From contig OZ242031.1 of the NCBI GenBank assembly GCA_965205045.1, positions 2,268,044 to 2,332,043 of the forward strand: 64,000 nucleotides of DNA, read 5' to 3'. A program made the translations under genes and the position numbers. Positions 1 to 9,014 of this stretch are shown in pieces. The notes under the pieces are model-generated. The model was not told where the DNA came from, searched no databases, and was given only the letters and a program-made list of their open reading frames with translations. The first letter of the stretch is position 1. Each line of letters begins with the position of its first letter. The stretch is from Candidatus Rariloculaceae bacterium. GTDB taxonomy: Bacteria; Pseudomonadota; Gammaproteobacteria; Steroidobacterales; Rariloculaceae.

Positions 1-248
1 GCAGTTGCGCGGGATGCCACGGCGCCAACGGCGAAGGCATCTGGGCCGTCAACGCCCCGGCGCTGGCCGGCCAGAACGACTGGTACCTGGTAGCGCAGTT
101 GCGGAACTTCCGCGACGGTGTCCGCGGCGCCCATCCCGGCGACCTGTACGGCGACCAGATGATGCTGATGGCGGACATCCTGCCGACCGACGATCACGTC
201 GACGACGTGGTCGCCTACCTGAATACCTTGAGCGGGGGAACCAACTGA
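1..248 (+). CDS. 3' end of a c-type cytochrome domain, probably the cytochrome c fused to the C-terminus of cytochrome c oxidase subunit II (5' partial)
   Basis: Frame 3 reads SCAGCHGANGEGIWAVNAPALAGQNDWYLVAQLRNFRDGVRG... with a CxxCH haem-c motif. The TGA at 246-248 overlaps the ATG of subunit I (TGATG). Confidence 0.7.
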   Translation, partial: SCAGCHGANGEGIWAVNAPALAGQNDWYLVAQLRNFRDGVRGAHPGDLYGDQMMLMADILPTDDHVDDVVAYLNTLSGGTN

Positions 249-2011
249 TGGCGTACGTTGCGATCGCCGACCGCGATCAACACCTTCACGATCCCGACAC
301 CTTCATCACGAAGTACATCTGGAGCCAGGATCACAAGGTGATCGCGATCCAGTATGCGATCACCGCCATTTTCGTCGGCGTGGTGGCGCTGGCGCTGTCG
401 CTGCTGTTCCGGCTGCAACTGGGTTTTCCCGACACGTTCAACCTGGTGGATCCCAACCAGTACTACCAGTACGTGACCATGCACGGCATGATCATGGTCA
501 TCTACCTGCTGACCGCGCTGTTCCTGGGCGGCTTCGGCAACTACCTGATTCCGCTCATGTGCGGCGCCCGGGACATGGTCTTCCCCTACATGAACATGCT
601 CAGCTTCTGGGTCTACCTGCTGAGCGTCATCGTGCTGCTGGGCAGTTTCTTCGTGCCCGGCGGGCCCACCGGCGCCGGCTGGACGCTCTACCCGCCGCAG
701 GCGATCAGCGCGGGCACCCCGGGCATCGGCGGGGGCATCGTGCTGATGCTGGTCTCGCTGGCCATCTTCATCGTCGCGTTCACCATGGGCGGGCTGAACT
801 ACGTCACCACGGTGCTGCAGGCGCGCACCCGCGGCATGACCCTGATGCGCATGCCGCTGGCGGTGTGGGGCATTTTCGTCGCTACCATCCTGGGTCTGCT
901 GGCGTTTCCGGCCTTGCTGGTGGCGGCGGTGATGATGACCCTCGACCGGGTCGTCGGCACCAGCTTCTTCATGCCCGAGATGCTGTCCCTTGGCCGGGAA
1001 CTGGACTACGGCGGCGGCAGCCCCATCCTGTTCCAGCACCTGTTCTGGTTCTTCGGGCACCCGGAGGTCTATATCGTCGCGCTGCCCGCCTTCGGGATCG
1101 TCTCCGACGTGCTGAGCGTGCACGCGCGCAAGAACATCTTCGGCTACCGGATGATGGTCTGGGCGATCGTGCTCATCGGCGCGCTCAGCTTCGTGGTCTG
1201 GGCGCACCACATGTACGTCAGCGGCATGAATCCCTACTTCGGGTTCTTCTTCGCCACCACCACCCTGATCATCGCGGTGCCCACGGCCCTGAAGGTGTAC
1301 AACTGGATCCTGACCCTGTGGCGGGGCGACATCCATCTCAGGGTGCCCATGCTGTTTGCCATCGGGTTCATCTTCACGTTCATCCATGGCGGGCTGACCG
1401 GGCTGTTCCTGGGCAACGTCACCGTGGACCTGCCGCTCTCAGACACCTATTTCGTGGTCGGTCACTTCCACATGGTCATGGGCGTCTCCCCGGTGCTGGT
1501 GGTGTTTGCCGCGATCTACCACTGGTTCCCGAAGATCACCGGGCGGATGTTCAACGAGACCCTGGGCAAGGCGCATTTCTGGCTGACGCTGCTTGGGACC
1601 TACTCCATCTATCTGCCCATGCACTACCTGGGCATCCTCGGCGTGCCGCGCCGCTACTACGCGTACGGCGACACGGATTTCATCCCCGAATCGGCGCAGA
1701 CGCTCAACTCGGGCATCACCATCGCGGCGCTGATCGTGGCCGCGGTGCAGATACTGTTCTTCGTCAACGTGATCTGGAGCCTGTGGAAGGGTCCGAAGGC
1801 CGATCCGAACCCCTGGCGGGCGACCACGCTGGAGTGGATGACGCCGAACACCCCCCCCAAACACGGCAATTGGGGTCCCAACCTTCCCGAGGTGCATCGC
1901 TGGCCCTACGACTACAGCGTGCCGGGGGAGAAGGAAGACTTTATTCCGCAAACCGAGCCGCCCCATGCCGGCGTGGCGGCCGGGCGTGACCACGGCGTCC
2001 AGCACGGATGA
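248..2011 (+). CDS. ctaD: cytochrome c oxidase subunit I (A-type haem-copper oxidase)
   Basis: 587 aa from ATG 248 (MAYVAIADRDQH...). Multi-TM pattern with hallmark motifs WFFGHPEVYI, WAHHMY and VVGHFHMV. The listed ORF from position 5 is only an upstream read-through extension. Confidence 0.95.
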   Translation: MAYVAIADRDQHLHDPDTFITKYIWSQDHKVIAIQYAITAIFVGVVALALSLLFRLQLGFPDTFNLVDPNQYYQYVTMHGMIMVIYLLTALFLGGFGNYLIPLMCGARDMVFPYMNMLSFWVYLLSVIVLLGSFFVPGGPTGAGWTLYPPQAISAGTPGIGGGIVLMLVSLAIFIVAFTMGGLNYVTTVLQARTRGMTLMRMPLAVWGIFVATILGLLAFPALLVAAVMMTLDRVVGTSFFMPEMLSLGRELDYGGGSPILFQHLFWFFGHPEVYIVALPAFGIVSDVLSVHARKNIFGYRMMVWAIVLIGALSFVVWAHHMYVSGMNPYFGFFFATTTLIIAVPTALKVYNWILTLWRGDIHLRVPMLFAIGFIFTFIHGGLTGLFLGNVTVDLPLSDTYFVVGHFHMVMGVSPVLVVFAAIYHWFPKITGRMFNETLGKAHFWLTLLGTYSIYLPMHYLGILGVPRRYYAYGDTDFIPESAQTLNSGITIAALIVAAVQILFFVNVIWSLWKGPKADPNPWRATTLEWMTPNTPPKHGNWGPNLPEVHRWPYDYSVPGEKEDFIPQTEPPHAGVAAGRDHGVQHG

Positions 2012-2682
2012 ATATTTCCGTACTCTTTGCGGCCCTGGGCGGAGCCATCCTGGTGTGGCTGTTCCTGCTGCAGCGCCTGAAGACCAAGCCCTGGCTGGAA
2101 CAGGGCGTGATCGAGGAGGGCGGCGCCGTCAACGCCGCGCCGCAGCGGGTCGGCCTGTGGGTTTTCCTGGCCGTGGTCACCAGCCTGTTCGGCCTCTTCG
2201 CCATCGTCTACAACATGCGCTCCCAGTTCCCGGACTGGCGTCCGATGCCCGACCCGGGGCTGTTGTGGGTCAATACGGGGCTGCTGATTCTGGCCAGCGT
2301 CGCGCTGCAGCGCGCACGCATGGCGGTGGCGCGGGAAGACCTGGACGGACTGAAGCCCAATCTCATGGCCGCGGGAATACTGACGTTCGCCTTTCTCGGC
2401 GGCCAGTTGCTGGTCTGGCGCCAGTTGATCTCGGGCGGATACTACCTGGCCACCAACCCCGCCGATGCGTTCTTCTACATCCTCACGGCGCTTCACGGAC
2501 TGCACCTGGCGGGCGGGCTGTGGTTCTGGGCGCGGGCGTCGAACGCGGTGTGGAAGGGTCTGGAATCGCGCCCGGTCACCGAAGTCGCCAGGGTACGCCT
2601 GTCCGTCACCCTGTGTTCGGTGTACTGGCATTACCTGTTGCTGGTCTGGCTGATCCTGTTCGGCCTGCTGCTGTCCACCTGA
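2008..2682 (+). CDS. haem-copper oxidase subunit III-like protein (first of two, CoxO-like)
   Basis: 224 aa, multi-TM. FFYILTALHGLHLAGGL and VYWHYLLLVWLILF resemble the conserved subunit III helices. ATGA overlap with the ctaD stop. Confidence 0.8.
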   Translation: MNISVLFAALGGAILVWLFLLQRLKTKPWLEQGVIEEGGAVNAAPQRVGLWVFLAVVTSLFGLFAIVYNMRSQFPDWRPMPDPGLLWVNTGLLILASVALQRARMAVAREDLDGLKPNLMAAGILTFAFLGGQLLVWRQLISGGYYLATNPADAFFYILTALHGLHLAGGLWFWARASNAVWKGLESRPVTEVARVRLSVTLCSVYWHYLLLVWLILFGLLLST

Positions 2683-2692
2683 TCGATTAACG

Positions 2693-3385
2693 ATGGCTTC
2701 CGAGATGACCGATACCGACGGCGCAGTCGCCCTGCCACAGGGTTTGCGGGGCTTCGCCCGCGACTGGACCGCCGACAGGCAGACCTTCCACGTCCCGTGG
2801 GGGAAGGCCATGATGTGGATATTCCTCCTGAGCGACACGTTCATCTTCTCGCTCTTCCTGACGTCCTACATGAACGTGCGCATGTCCACGCGGGTGCCGT
2901 GGCCCAATCCCAGCGAGGTCTTTGCGCTCAGTTTCGGCGGCGACCCCATCCCCCTGATCCTGATCGCGATCATGACGTTCATCCTCATCTCCAGCAGCGG
3001 CACCATGGCGCTGGCGGTGAACTACGGTTACCGCGGGGACCGGGCGAAGACCGCCGCGCTGATGTTCGTCACCGCCGCCTTCGGCGCCACGTTCGTCGGC
3101 ATGCAGGCGTTCGAGTGGATGAAGCTCATCGTCGACGAGGGGGTGCGGCCCTGGGGCAACCCGATGGGCGCGGCACAGTTCGGTTCGACATTCTTCATGA
3201 TCACCGGGTTCCACGGCTTCCACGTGTCCTGCGGCGTGATCTACCTGGCGGTGATCGCGCTGAAGGTGCTCAGGGGCGACTACGAGGCATCGGGAAACTA
3301 CGAAGTGGTCGAGATCGCCGGCCTGTACTGGCACTTTGTCGACCTGGTGTGGGTCTTCATCTTCGCTTTCTTCTACCTGTGGTGA
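2693..3385 (+). CDS. ctaE: cytochrome c oxidase subunit III
   Basis: 230 aa. FFMITGFHGFHVSCGVIYL and LYWHFVDLVWVFIFAFFYLW form the canonical subunit III C-terminus. Confidence 0.9.
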   Translation: MASEMTDTDGAVALPQGLRGFARDWTADRQTFHVPWGKAMMWIFLLSDTFIFSLFLTSYMNVRMSTRVPWPNPSEVFALSFGGDPIPLILIAIMTFILISSSGTMALAVNYGYRGDRAKTAALMFVTAAFGATFVGMQAFEWMKLIVDEGVRPWGNPMGAAQFGSTFFMITGFHGFHVSCGVIYLAVIALKVLRGDYEASGNYEVVEIAGLYWHFVDLVWVFIFAFFYLW

Positions 3386-3438
3386 GGGCATTTGAACCGG
3401 GGCGGCGCGGCGGAGTCCAGACACGGGGACGATCCGCC

Positions 3439-3510
3439 GGACGGGACACTTGACGGAATCGAGCGCGAGACGCGGGACGGGACACTTGACGGAATCGAGC
3501 GCGAGACGCG
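3439..3510. repeat. perfect 36-bp tandem duplication (2 copies)
   Basis: ggacgggacacttgacggaatcgagcgcgagacgcg occurs at 3439-3474 and again at 3475-3510, between the subunit III stop and the likely subunit IV start. Confidence 0.95.
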
Positions 3511-3526
3511 GAGCGGGAAACTGACA

Positions 3527-3886
3527 ATGGCAACGGCAACGGAAGGACATCAACAGCACCCTCTGGCCATCTACCTCTGGGTCTGGGTGCTGCTGTTCGT
3601 GCTCAGCGCGTTCTCCTACATGGTGGACTACATCGGTCTGCAGGGTTATCTGCGCTGGTCGCTGATCATCATCTTCATGCTGGCCAAGGCGGGCTTCATC
3701 GTCGCGGTGTTCATGCACATGGCGTGGGAGCGCATCGCGCTGATCTACGCCATCCTCGGACCGCCGATCCTGTTGCTGTTTGCGATCGGCTTCTTCGCGC
3801 TGGAGGGCGACTACACGTTGCTGACGCGGCTGGACTTCTTCGGCGAGACGACGTTCGTCCCGAGCCATCCTGGCGAGGCCCACTGA
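3527..3886 (+). CDS. small cytochrome c oxidase subunit IV-like membrane protein
   Basis: 119 aa from ATG 3527 (MATATEGHQQHPLAIYLWVWVLLFVLSAF...). Three hydrophobic helices, including FIVAVFMHMAWE typical of prokaryotic subunit IV. Its position directly after subunit III fits this call. Confidence 0.65.
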   Translation: MATATEGHQQHPLAIYLWVWVLLFVLSAFSYMVDYIGLQGYLRWSLIIIFMLAKAGFIVAVFMHMAWERIALIYAILGPPILLLFAIGFFALEGDYTLLTRLDFFGETTFVPSHPGEAH

Positions 3887-3941
3887 GCCGGATCGGGGCA
3901 GTTCGTCTGAAGACCTGCCGCGCCAAGACACGGAGACCGCG

Positions 3942-4202
3942 ATGTTCTGGACCATGACCGCCTTTATCGTCTTCCTCCTTCTGTGGGGGCTGACCTGGCG
4001 CAGCCAGCCGAAGCTGGCGTTCGGCATCGTCATCGGGCTGGTCATGGGCGCGCTCGCGGCGGGCTTCATCGGTCCCTACCAGGGCATCGGCGACGTGCCC
4101 ATCTGGCTGCCGCCGCTGCCCTTCGCCGTGGTCGCCGCCGGGCTGATGATCTACGGCGGTCTGGCGTGGTGGGGTCTCAGGGACGAGGCCGACGAGGACT
4201 GA
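3942..4202 (+). CDS. small membrane protein (86 aa), unknown function
   Basis: ATG preceded by GGAG. Three hydrophobic segments and an acidic tail (RDEADED). Confidence 0.55.
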   Translation: MFWTMTAFIVFLLLWGLTWRSQPKLAFGIVIGLVMGALAAGFIGPYQGIGDVPIWLPPLPFAVVAAGLMIYGGLAWWGLRDEADED

Positions 4203-4740
4203 CGCGGGCTCGCCGCCGAATTCGACTTGCCCGGAGACAACCCGGAACTCGCATGCCGATCGGGCGCGGCGGCGACCATGTTCGACCCCAATCCAATGGA
4301 GGTTATCGACGAGGGCGGCCGCATCACCATCATTCTCGAGGAATGCGACATACGCCGAACGATCCATCTCGGCAAAGATGCGGGTCCCGGGCAGGAACGC
4401 TCGCCGCTCGGTTTCCCGGTCGGACGCCGGGAGGACGGAACGACCGCATGGGGAGTTTGCGCAAGGGCGGTTGCGCAAGTGTAGAACGCAACCCGCCGGT
4501 GCCTGTGACCTCCAATTCCTGTGCGCGGGAGAACCCCCGTTGATCTGGACCCTCGACCAGGGTTCGCCTGTTGCTTACAGCGAGCAACCCGACTCAGCGG
4601 ATTACCGAATAACAGACGCAGGTCAAATATGAATGCCTGACGATGATCCGTCAAGAGGATTGAAGGGCTGGGCGACAGTCAGCTGGCTAAACTCATTCAC
4701 CATCCACACCTACATCACAAGCAGACAAGAGATAAGAGAG

Positions 4741-5070
4741 ATGAAAGAGATCAATGCAACAGTCCTGATGCTCAGGGAAGAAGCCCTGTGGTGTGCCCAG
4801 TGCCTGGAACACGACATCGCTGCACAAGGCGAGACGATTGACAAAGCCGTCGAAGAGTTGTTCGTATCGCTCGTCGCTCAGGCAATCGCCCAAGACCAAG
4901 CCGGTCAAACATTACACGACCTACCCAAGGCGCCAGATCGGTACTGGAGGGAATTCAGGAAAGCCAACACAACGGTCACGACGAACATACCTCCCATCAA
5001 GACCATCGAGGACATGCCGTCTGCGTTCATGGTGCCGAGGCTATCCGAAATCATCCGGAGCTGTACATGA
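4741..5070 (+). CDS. HicB-like (antitoxin-fold) protein, orphan
   Basis: 109 aa from ATG 4741. [24 protein letters not shown] resembles the HicB/UPF0150 pattern (x-A-x-C-x-E-x-D-I-x-x-x-G-x-T-x-[DE]-[EK]-A). Lower G+C than the flanks. No HicA partner seen. Confidence 0.45.
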   Translation: MKEINATVLMLREEALWCAQCLEHDIAAQGETIDKAVEELFVSLVAQAIAQDQAGQTLHDLPKAPDRYWREFRKANTTVTTNIPPIKTIEDMPSAFMVPRLSEIIRSCT

Positions 5071-5267
5071 CGCTGTGCTTCGCGGCGGTGATGGACGGCA
5101 GCGTCTACGGCGACCAGTGCTCGCCGATCTCCGACACCACGGTGCTCAGTTCCGTGTGCACCGGCTGCGACCTGATGGATCATGTCAAGACGCAGATCCC
5201 GCAGGCGTCGATGGCGGCGGTGATGGCGGCTGTCTGCTGGACGGCGGTGTCGTTCCTGACAGCCTGA
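5067..5267 (+). pseudogene. C-terminal fragment of an NhaC-family Na+/H+ antiporter
   Basis: [39 protein letters not shown] matches the conserved NhaC C-terminal block ([13 protein letters not shown]...GC..IDHV.TQ.PYA). About 400 upstream residues are missing. Confidence 0.65.
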
Positions 5268-5272
5268 ACGCG

Positions 5273-6334
5273 TCAGGTGTGGCGGCGGTCCGGGTGGGCG
5301 GTCTTGTCGAAGAGGTGGTCGTCCTTGGCGATCACGTCGCCGCTTGAGCCGACGATCAGGGGATCGGGCTTTCCGACCCGCGCCTTGTCCCTGGCCGGGT
5401 AGGGAAGCTGCGAGAGGAAGTGCCGCATGGCGTTCAGGCGGGCGCGCTTCTTGTCGTCCGACTTGACGATCGTCCAGGGTGCGTCGGCGGTGTCCGTGTA
5501 GAAGAACATCGCCTCCTTGGCGTCCGTGTAGTCATCCCACTTCTTGAGCGACTGACGGTCGATCGGGGAAATTTTCCACTTCTTCAGGGCCTCGGTCTCG
5601 CGCGACTCGAAGCGCCTGATCTGCTCTTCGCTGGTCACCGAGAACCAGTACTTGAAGAGGATGATGCCGCTGCGCACCAGCATCCTTTCGAATTCGGGCG
5701 CCTGGCGCATGAATTCAAGGTATTCGTTGGGCGTGCAGAACCCCATGACCCGTTCGACGCCGGCGCGGTTGTACCAGGAGCGGTCGAAGAAGACGAGTTC
5801 GCCGGCCGACGGCAGGTGCCGAACGTAGCGCTGGAAGTACCACTGGGAGCGTTCCCGTTCCGTGGGCTTGTCCAGCGCCACGACCCGCGCGCCGCGGGGG
5901 TTCAGGTGCTCGGCAAAGCGCTTGATCGTCCCTCCCTTGCCCGCCGCGTCCCGGCCCTCGAAGAGAATGACGATCCTGCGGCCGTTGGCCTTCACCCATT
6001 CCTGAACCTTGAGCAGTTCGATCTGCAGTTCCTTTTTCTGCCGCTGGTAGAACTTGCGGCCGATCTTCTGCTTGTAGGGATATTCTCCGGTTTCGAAGAA
6101 CCGGCGGATCGAGTCGCGGTCCCGGCGGATGTCCGCGAGCCGCCGGGCGGCGCCTGCCTCCGCGGCCCGGGCGCTTTCAACCTGCCCGGTTTCGCCGGGC
6201 CCGCCCCCGCCCGACTCCTCCGGCTTGCCCCCGCGCACTTTCTCGGACCCGCCCTCGCCGGTTTCGGCAATTTTCCGGGAACCCGCGCTTACAGGCGGTT
6301 CCCCGTTCCCGGCGGCATCGGATTTGAGGGCCAT
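5273..6334 (-). CDS. ppk2: polyphosphate kinase 2
   Basis: Walker A FEGRDAAGKGGTIKR plus FDRSWYNRAGVERVMGF are PPK2 signatures. Start placed at ATG 6334 (MALKSD...). About 85 aa of Gly/Glu-rich N-terminal extension. Confidence 0.9.
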   Translation of the reverse strand: MALKSDAAGNGEPPVSAGSRKIAETGEGGSEKVRGGKPEESGGGGPGETGQVESARAAEAGAARRLADIRRDRDSIRRFFETGEYPYKQKIGRKFYQRQKKELQIELLKVQEWVKANGRRIVILFEGRDAAGKGGTIKRFAEHLNPRGARVVALDKPTERERSQWYFQRYVRHLPSAGELVFFDRSWYNRAGVERVMGFCTPNEYLEFMRQAPEFERMLVRSGIILFKYWFSVTSEEQIRRFESRETEALKKWKISPIDRQSLKKWDDYTDAKEAMFFYTDTADAPWTIVKSDDKKRARLNAMRHFLSQLPYPARDKARVGKPDPLIVGSSGDVIAKDDHLFDKTAHPDRRHT

Positions 6335-6590
6335 TTCTGTGAATCTCGCAGATTTCGGACTGAAGAATTTCGGACTGGAGATAATAGCCCATCGGCCGCC
6401 ACTCCGACACCGGCCCCCGGAAACCCCCGGCGCGTCCCGGAGTGGCCGACCGCCTCCTTTCAGGCCCGACCAACCAGAGGGATCGGTCGAAATTCCCCGA
6501 CTCCGCGACATTCTCCGGCTCCACATGGTGTAGGATTCGCCCGTCCGGCCGGTCGGCCGGGGAACGCATTGGCAACCTTCAAACGCAGAA

Positions 6591-7322
6591 ATGGACACTC
6601 AGGCCGCAACCGCGTGCGTACTCATCATCGGCAACGAAATTCTGTCCGGCAAGACCCGGGACGCCAACCTTCAGTTCCTGGGCGCCGAGTTGGCGGACAA
6701 GGGCATCGCGCTGGCGGAAGCCCGCGTGCTGCGGGACGACAAGGCCGCCATCGTCGCCGCGGTGAACGAGTGCCGGGCCGCCTATACGTATGTATTCACG
6801 ACAGGAGGCATCGGACCGACCCACGACGACATCACCGCCGAGTGCGTCGCCGCCGCGTTCGGCCTCGAACTGGTCCTCCACGAGGAAGCCGCGCAACGTC
6901 TGCGCAGGCGCGGACTCGAACTCAACGCCGCGCGCCTCAAGATGGCGCATGTCCCCGCAGGAGCCGGCCTCATCGACAACCCGCTGAGCGGGGCGCCCGG
7001 TTTCCGCATCGACAACGTTTTCGTCATGGCCGGCATTCCCGCCGTCGCCCGCGGCATGTTCTCCACCCTGGACGAGCAGCTAACCGGCGGCGCGCCCATC
7101 CATTCCCGCAACGTCGATGTCTACCTCCCGGAAGGCGAACTCGCCGCTCCCCTGGAGACCATCGTGCACAAGTATCCCCAGGTGGAAATCGGCAGTTACC
7201 CCTTCTTCCGCGAACGCCGCTTCGGCGCCAACCTCGTAGTCCGCGGCACCGACAAGCACCTGGTCGACCGCGTCCTCCAGGAGATCATCACCATGGCCAA
7301 CCTCGGCGCCGAAACCAACTGA
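6591..7322 (+). CDS. CinA-like / molybdopterin-binding (MoCF biosynthesis) domain protein
   Basis: IIGNEILSGKTRDANLQFLG and FTTGGIGPTHDDIT are the CinA N-terminal domain motifs. Confidence 0.85.
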   Translation: MDTQAATACVLIIGNEILSGKTRDANLQFLGAELADKGIALAEARVLRDDKAAIVAAVNECRAAYTYVFTTGGIGPTHDDITAECVAAAFGLELVLHEEAAQRLRRRGLELNAARLKMAHVPAGAGLIDNPLSGAPGFRIDNVFVMAGIPAVARGMFSTLDEQLTGGAPIHSRNVDVYLPEGELAAPLETIVHKYPQVEIGSYPFFRERRFGANLVVRGTDKHLVDRVLQEIITMANLGAETN

Positions 7323-7353
7323 GCTATGCGGCTGACCGATAACGAGTGCGCGT

Positions 7354-7372
7354 GCGGACAGCCACTGTCCGC
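7354..7372 (+). terminator. possible stem-loop downstream of the CinA-like gene
   Basis: gcggacag-cca-ctgtccgc is an 8-bp perfect stem about 30 nt after the stop. No U-tract follows. Confidence 0.3.
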
Positions 7373-7535
7373 AGCAGCAATCGAACAGATCCAAGTCGGA
7401 GACCTCGCCCAGGTTGGTCGAGGCGGCGCCAAATCCTGGTGCACATGGCTGTAGAAGCACCAACCCCAAGGTCGCCCGACACACTCACCATGAGTCAGCC
7501 GGCGAGGCGCCGCAGTACCCGTTGGTCCGACATGC

Positions 7536-7742
7536 TTAACCGAATCTACCAAACGCAGGCGGGCTCATCGACCAATCGTATGGCCTCCAGGCAGCGCCGG
7601 CTGAGTGTTCTCCATCACGGCAAATATACGTGTAGTTGCTTATGCCCGAGCAGTCCATGCCTATCGATTCCTGGGCAAGGGCTATATCTGGGAGAAGAAA
7701 GCGACCTGCAAGAATAAGCAATGCCAGTTTGAATATGTTCAT
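7536..7742 (-). CDS. small secreted Cys-containing protein (68 aa), unknown function
   Basis: ATG 7742 is preceded by a strong SD (GGAGGGGAGG + 4 nt). Signal peptide MNIFKLALLILAGRFLLPDIALAQE. Low G+C. Confidence 0.65.
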   Translation of the reverse strand: MNIFKLALLILAGRFLLPDIALAQESIGMDCSGISNYTYICRDGEHSAGAAWRPYDWSMSPPAFGRFG

Positions 7743-7758
7743 CGAACCTCCCCTCCGG

Positions 7759-8241
7759 TCAGTGACAACAATTTGGATTCTCGGCAATCAGTCGATAGGC
7801 AAGGGCCTTCCCTGCCTGAGCCACTGAATAGGAAGCAGTATTTTCCAACCGCATCATTTCCTGGATCAGATCTTCCCGAAGGACTTCCACCCCAACGACA
7901 CCGTCTACATCGGCAATTATCAGCATCAGGCTTGCGTAACTGTAGGCAAAAACCTTTACCGCCTCCGAATGCGACGCCGGTTGCCTCTCACCGTAAATGC
8001 CCGCCAGCATATTCAGCGCTGAGGCGCTCCCGTGTTCGTTCCAGAGGCGGCTGAAAACTCTTTCCGCAACTTCTGGTTGCGCGTCTCGTATCTCCATCGC
8101 CCACTTCATGGCGTTTAGCGAGTTACCAGCTTCACCCGTTTGGCGCAACAACTCAACCGCCGTGGCCATCATGTCATCGGTCGCACCCTGACAGCGGCGA
8201 TACGAAATCTGAAGGTTCCGAATGTATTCCTCTTGATGCAC
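7759..8241 (-). CDS. hypothetical protein (160 aa)
   Basis: ORF in a low-G+C operon. GTG start lies 6 nt after the upstream stop. Helical-looking sequence with no motif I recognise. Confidence 0.55.
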   Translation of the reverse strand: MHQEEYIRNLQISYRRCQGATDDMMATAVELLRQTGEAGNSLNAMKWAMEIRDAQPEVAERVFSRLWNEHGSASALNMLAGIYGERQPASHSEAVKVFAYSYASLMLIIADVDGVVGVEVLREDLIQEMMRLENTASYSVAQAGKALAYRLIAENPNCCH

Positions 8242-8247
8242 GGGGTA

Positions 8248-8856
8248 TTATCCGCGCAGCTGGTTTTCCAACGCATTGTATTCAGCTGGCGTTGTTGGCG
8301 CCTTTGAACAATCCTTAAGAGATGTGTAAAGCTGATGTGCGGCTGCACCGTTACCATTGGAAGCGGCCACACTGAGAGGCTCAAAAAAACCAGGACTGAT
8401 TCCGTCTTCCAAGTGCGACCAATCCTCGTCAAGAAAGGATGGCGAATCGAATTCAACGTCGAGTGCGTCGCCATCAGGAAAAACCACCCGCTTCGAACGA
8501 GCCTGTTCGGAGTGGACAATCGCAGGGTCGTTCGGTTCATAGGCCAATGCAAGTTCCTGGCTTGCAGCATTCTCCGAGAATAGTTCCACGCTAGCGGCGT
8601 TGATGAGCAGTAATTCTGCCGATGTCCACGTCTGCCCCGCTTCAATCGGAGCATGTTCATTGGACTGGAGTACGGACATGTCCTCTTCTTGCGCCACTTC
8701 CCCTGAAGATTCGCCGCCATCCGTAGCGGAAACCGGCAATTCCGGCAGAGTTGTTTCGCTCGAAGGCCCAAGGATCTTACCGCCCAAGATGAATGAGGTA
8801 ACGACAGCCGTGAATAGAAGCGGCATCCAAACTACGATTTTATGCACGATCTTCAT
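8248..8856 (-). CDS. hypothetical membrane-anchored/secreted acidic protein (202 aa)
   Basis: N-terminal hydrophobic anchor MKIVHKIVVWMPLLFTAVVTSFILGG followed by an acidic domain. First gene of the three-gene minus-strand operon. Confidence 0.6.
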   Translation of the reverse strand: MKIVHKIVVWMPLLFTAVVTSFILGGKILGPSSETTLPELPVSATDGGESSGEVAQEEDMSVLQSNEHAPIEAGQTWTSAELLLINAASVELFSENAASQELALAYEPNDPAIVHSEQARSKRVVFPDGDALDVEFDSPSFLDEDWSHLEDGISPGFFEPLSVAASNGNGAAAHQLYTSLKDCSKAPTTPAEYNALENQLRG

Positions 8857-9014
8857 ATTCCGTCCGTTTACTCCGTCATCTCCGTGCTGGTGCCCTCACA
8901 ACGACAGCAACCTTCATTCTTTTCGGTCAATGCGTCAATTGAGGGGCTGAGGATTGCTTCCTGGACCGAAAATCATCGACATGTGGCAAATGTACCACAG
9001 GGGGGCGCTTGTCA

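Noticed and set aside
3439-3510. I considered whether the short direct repeats could be CRISPR arrays. This covers 3439, 9015, 36756, 38483, 55794 and 54881.
   Set aside because: They are strictly tandem with no spacers. Most have only two copies, or a 5-nt unit. No cas genes are present.
3392-3526. N-terminal extension of the subunit IV ORF containing DGTLDGIERETR twice.
   Set aside because: It is a product of the 36-bp tandem duplication being in an open frame. The ATG at 3527 followed directly by the first TM helix is the more plausible start. This is kept as a finding because it is not fully excluded.
5420-7342. 640-aa ORF on the + strand spanning ppk2 and the CinA-like gene.
   Set aside because: Its Arg/Pro/Gly-rich composition is typical of an antisense or out-of-frame shadow ORF in high-G+C DNA. 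It overlaps two genes with clear family signatures.
7322-7345. tRNA-like D-arm string TAGCTCAGTTGGT on the minus strand at the end of the CinA-like gene. I considered it as a possible tRNA or att remnant at the island border.
   Set aside because: No complementary GAGC D-stem closing, anticodon arm or T-arm follows. Most of the string lies inside the CinA-like coding sequence. I judge it a coincidence.
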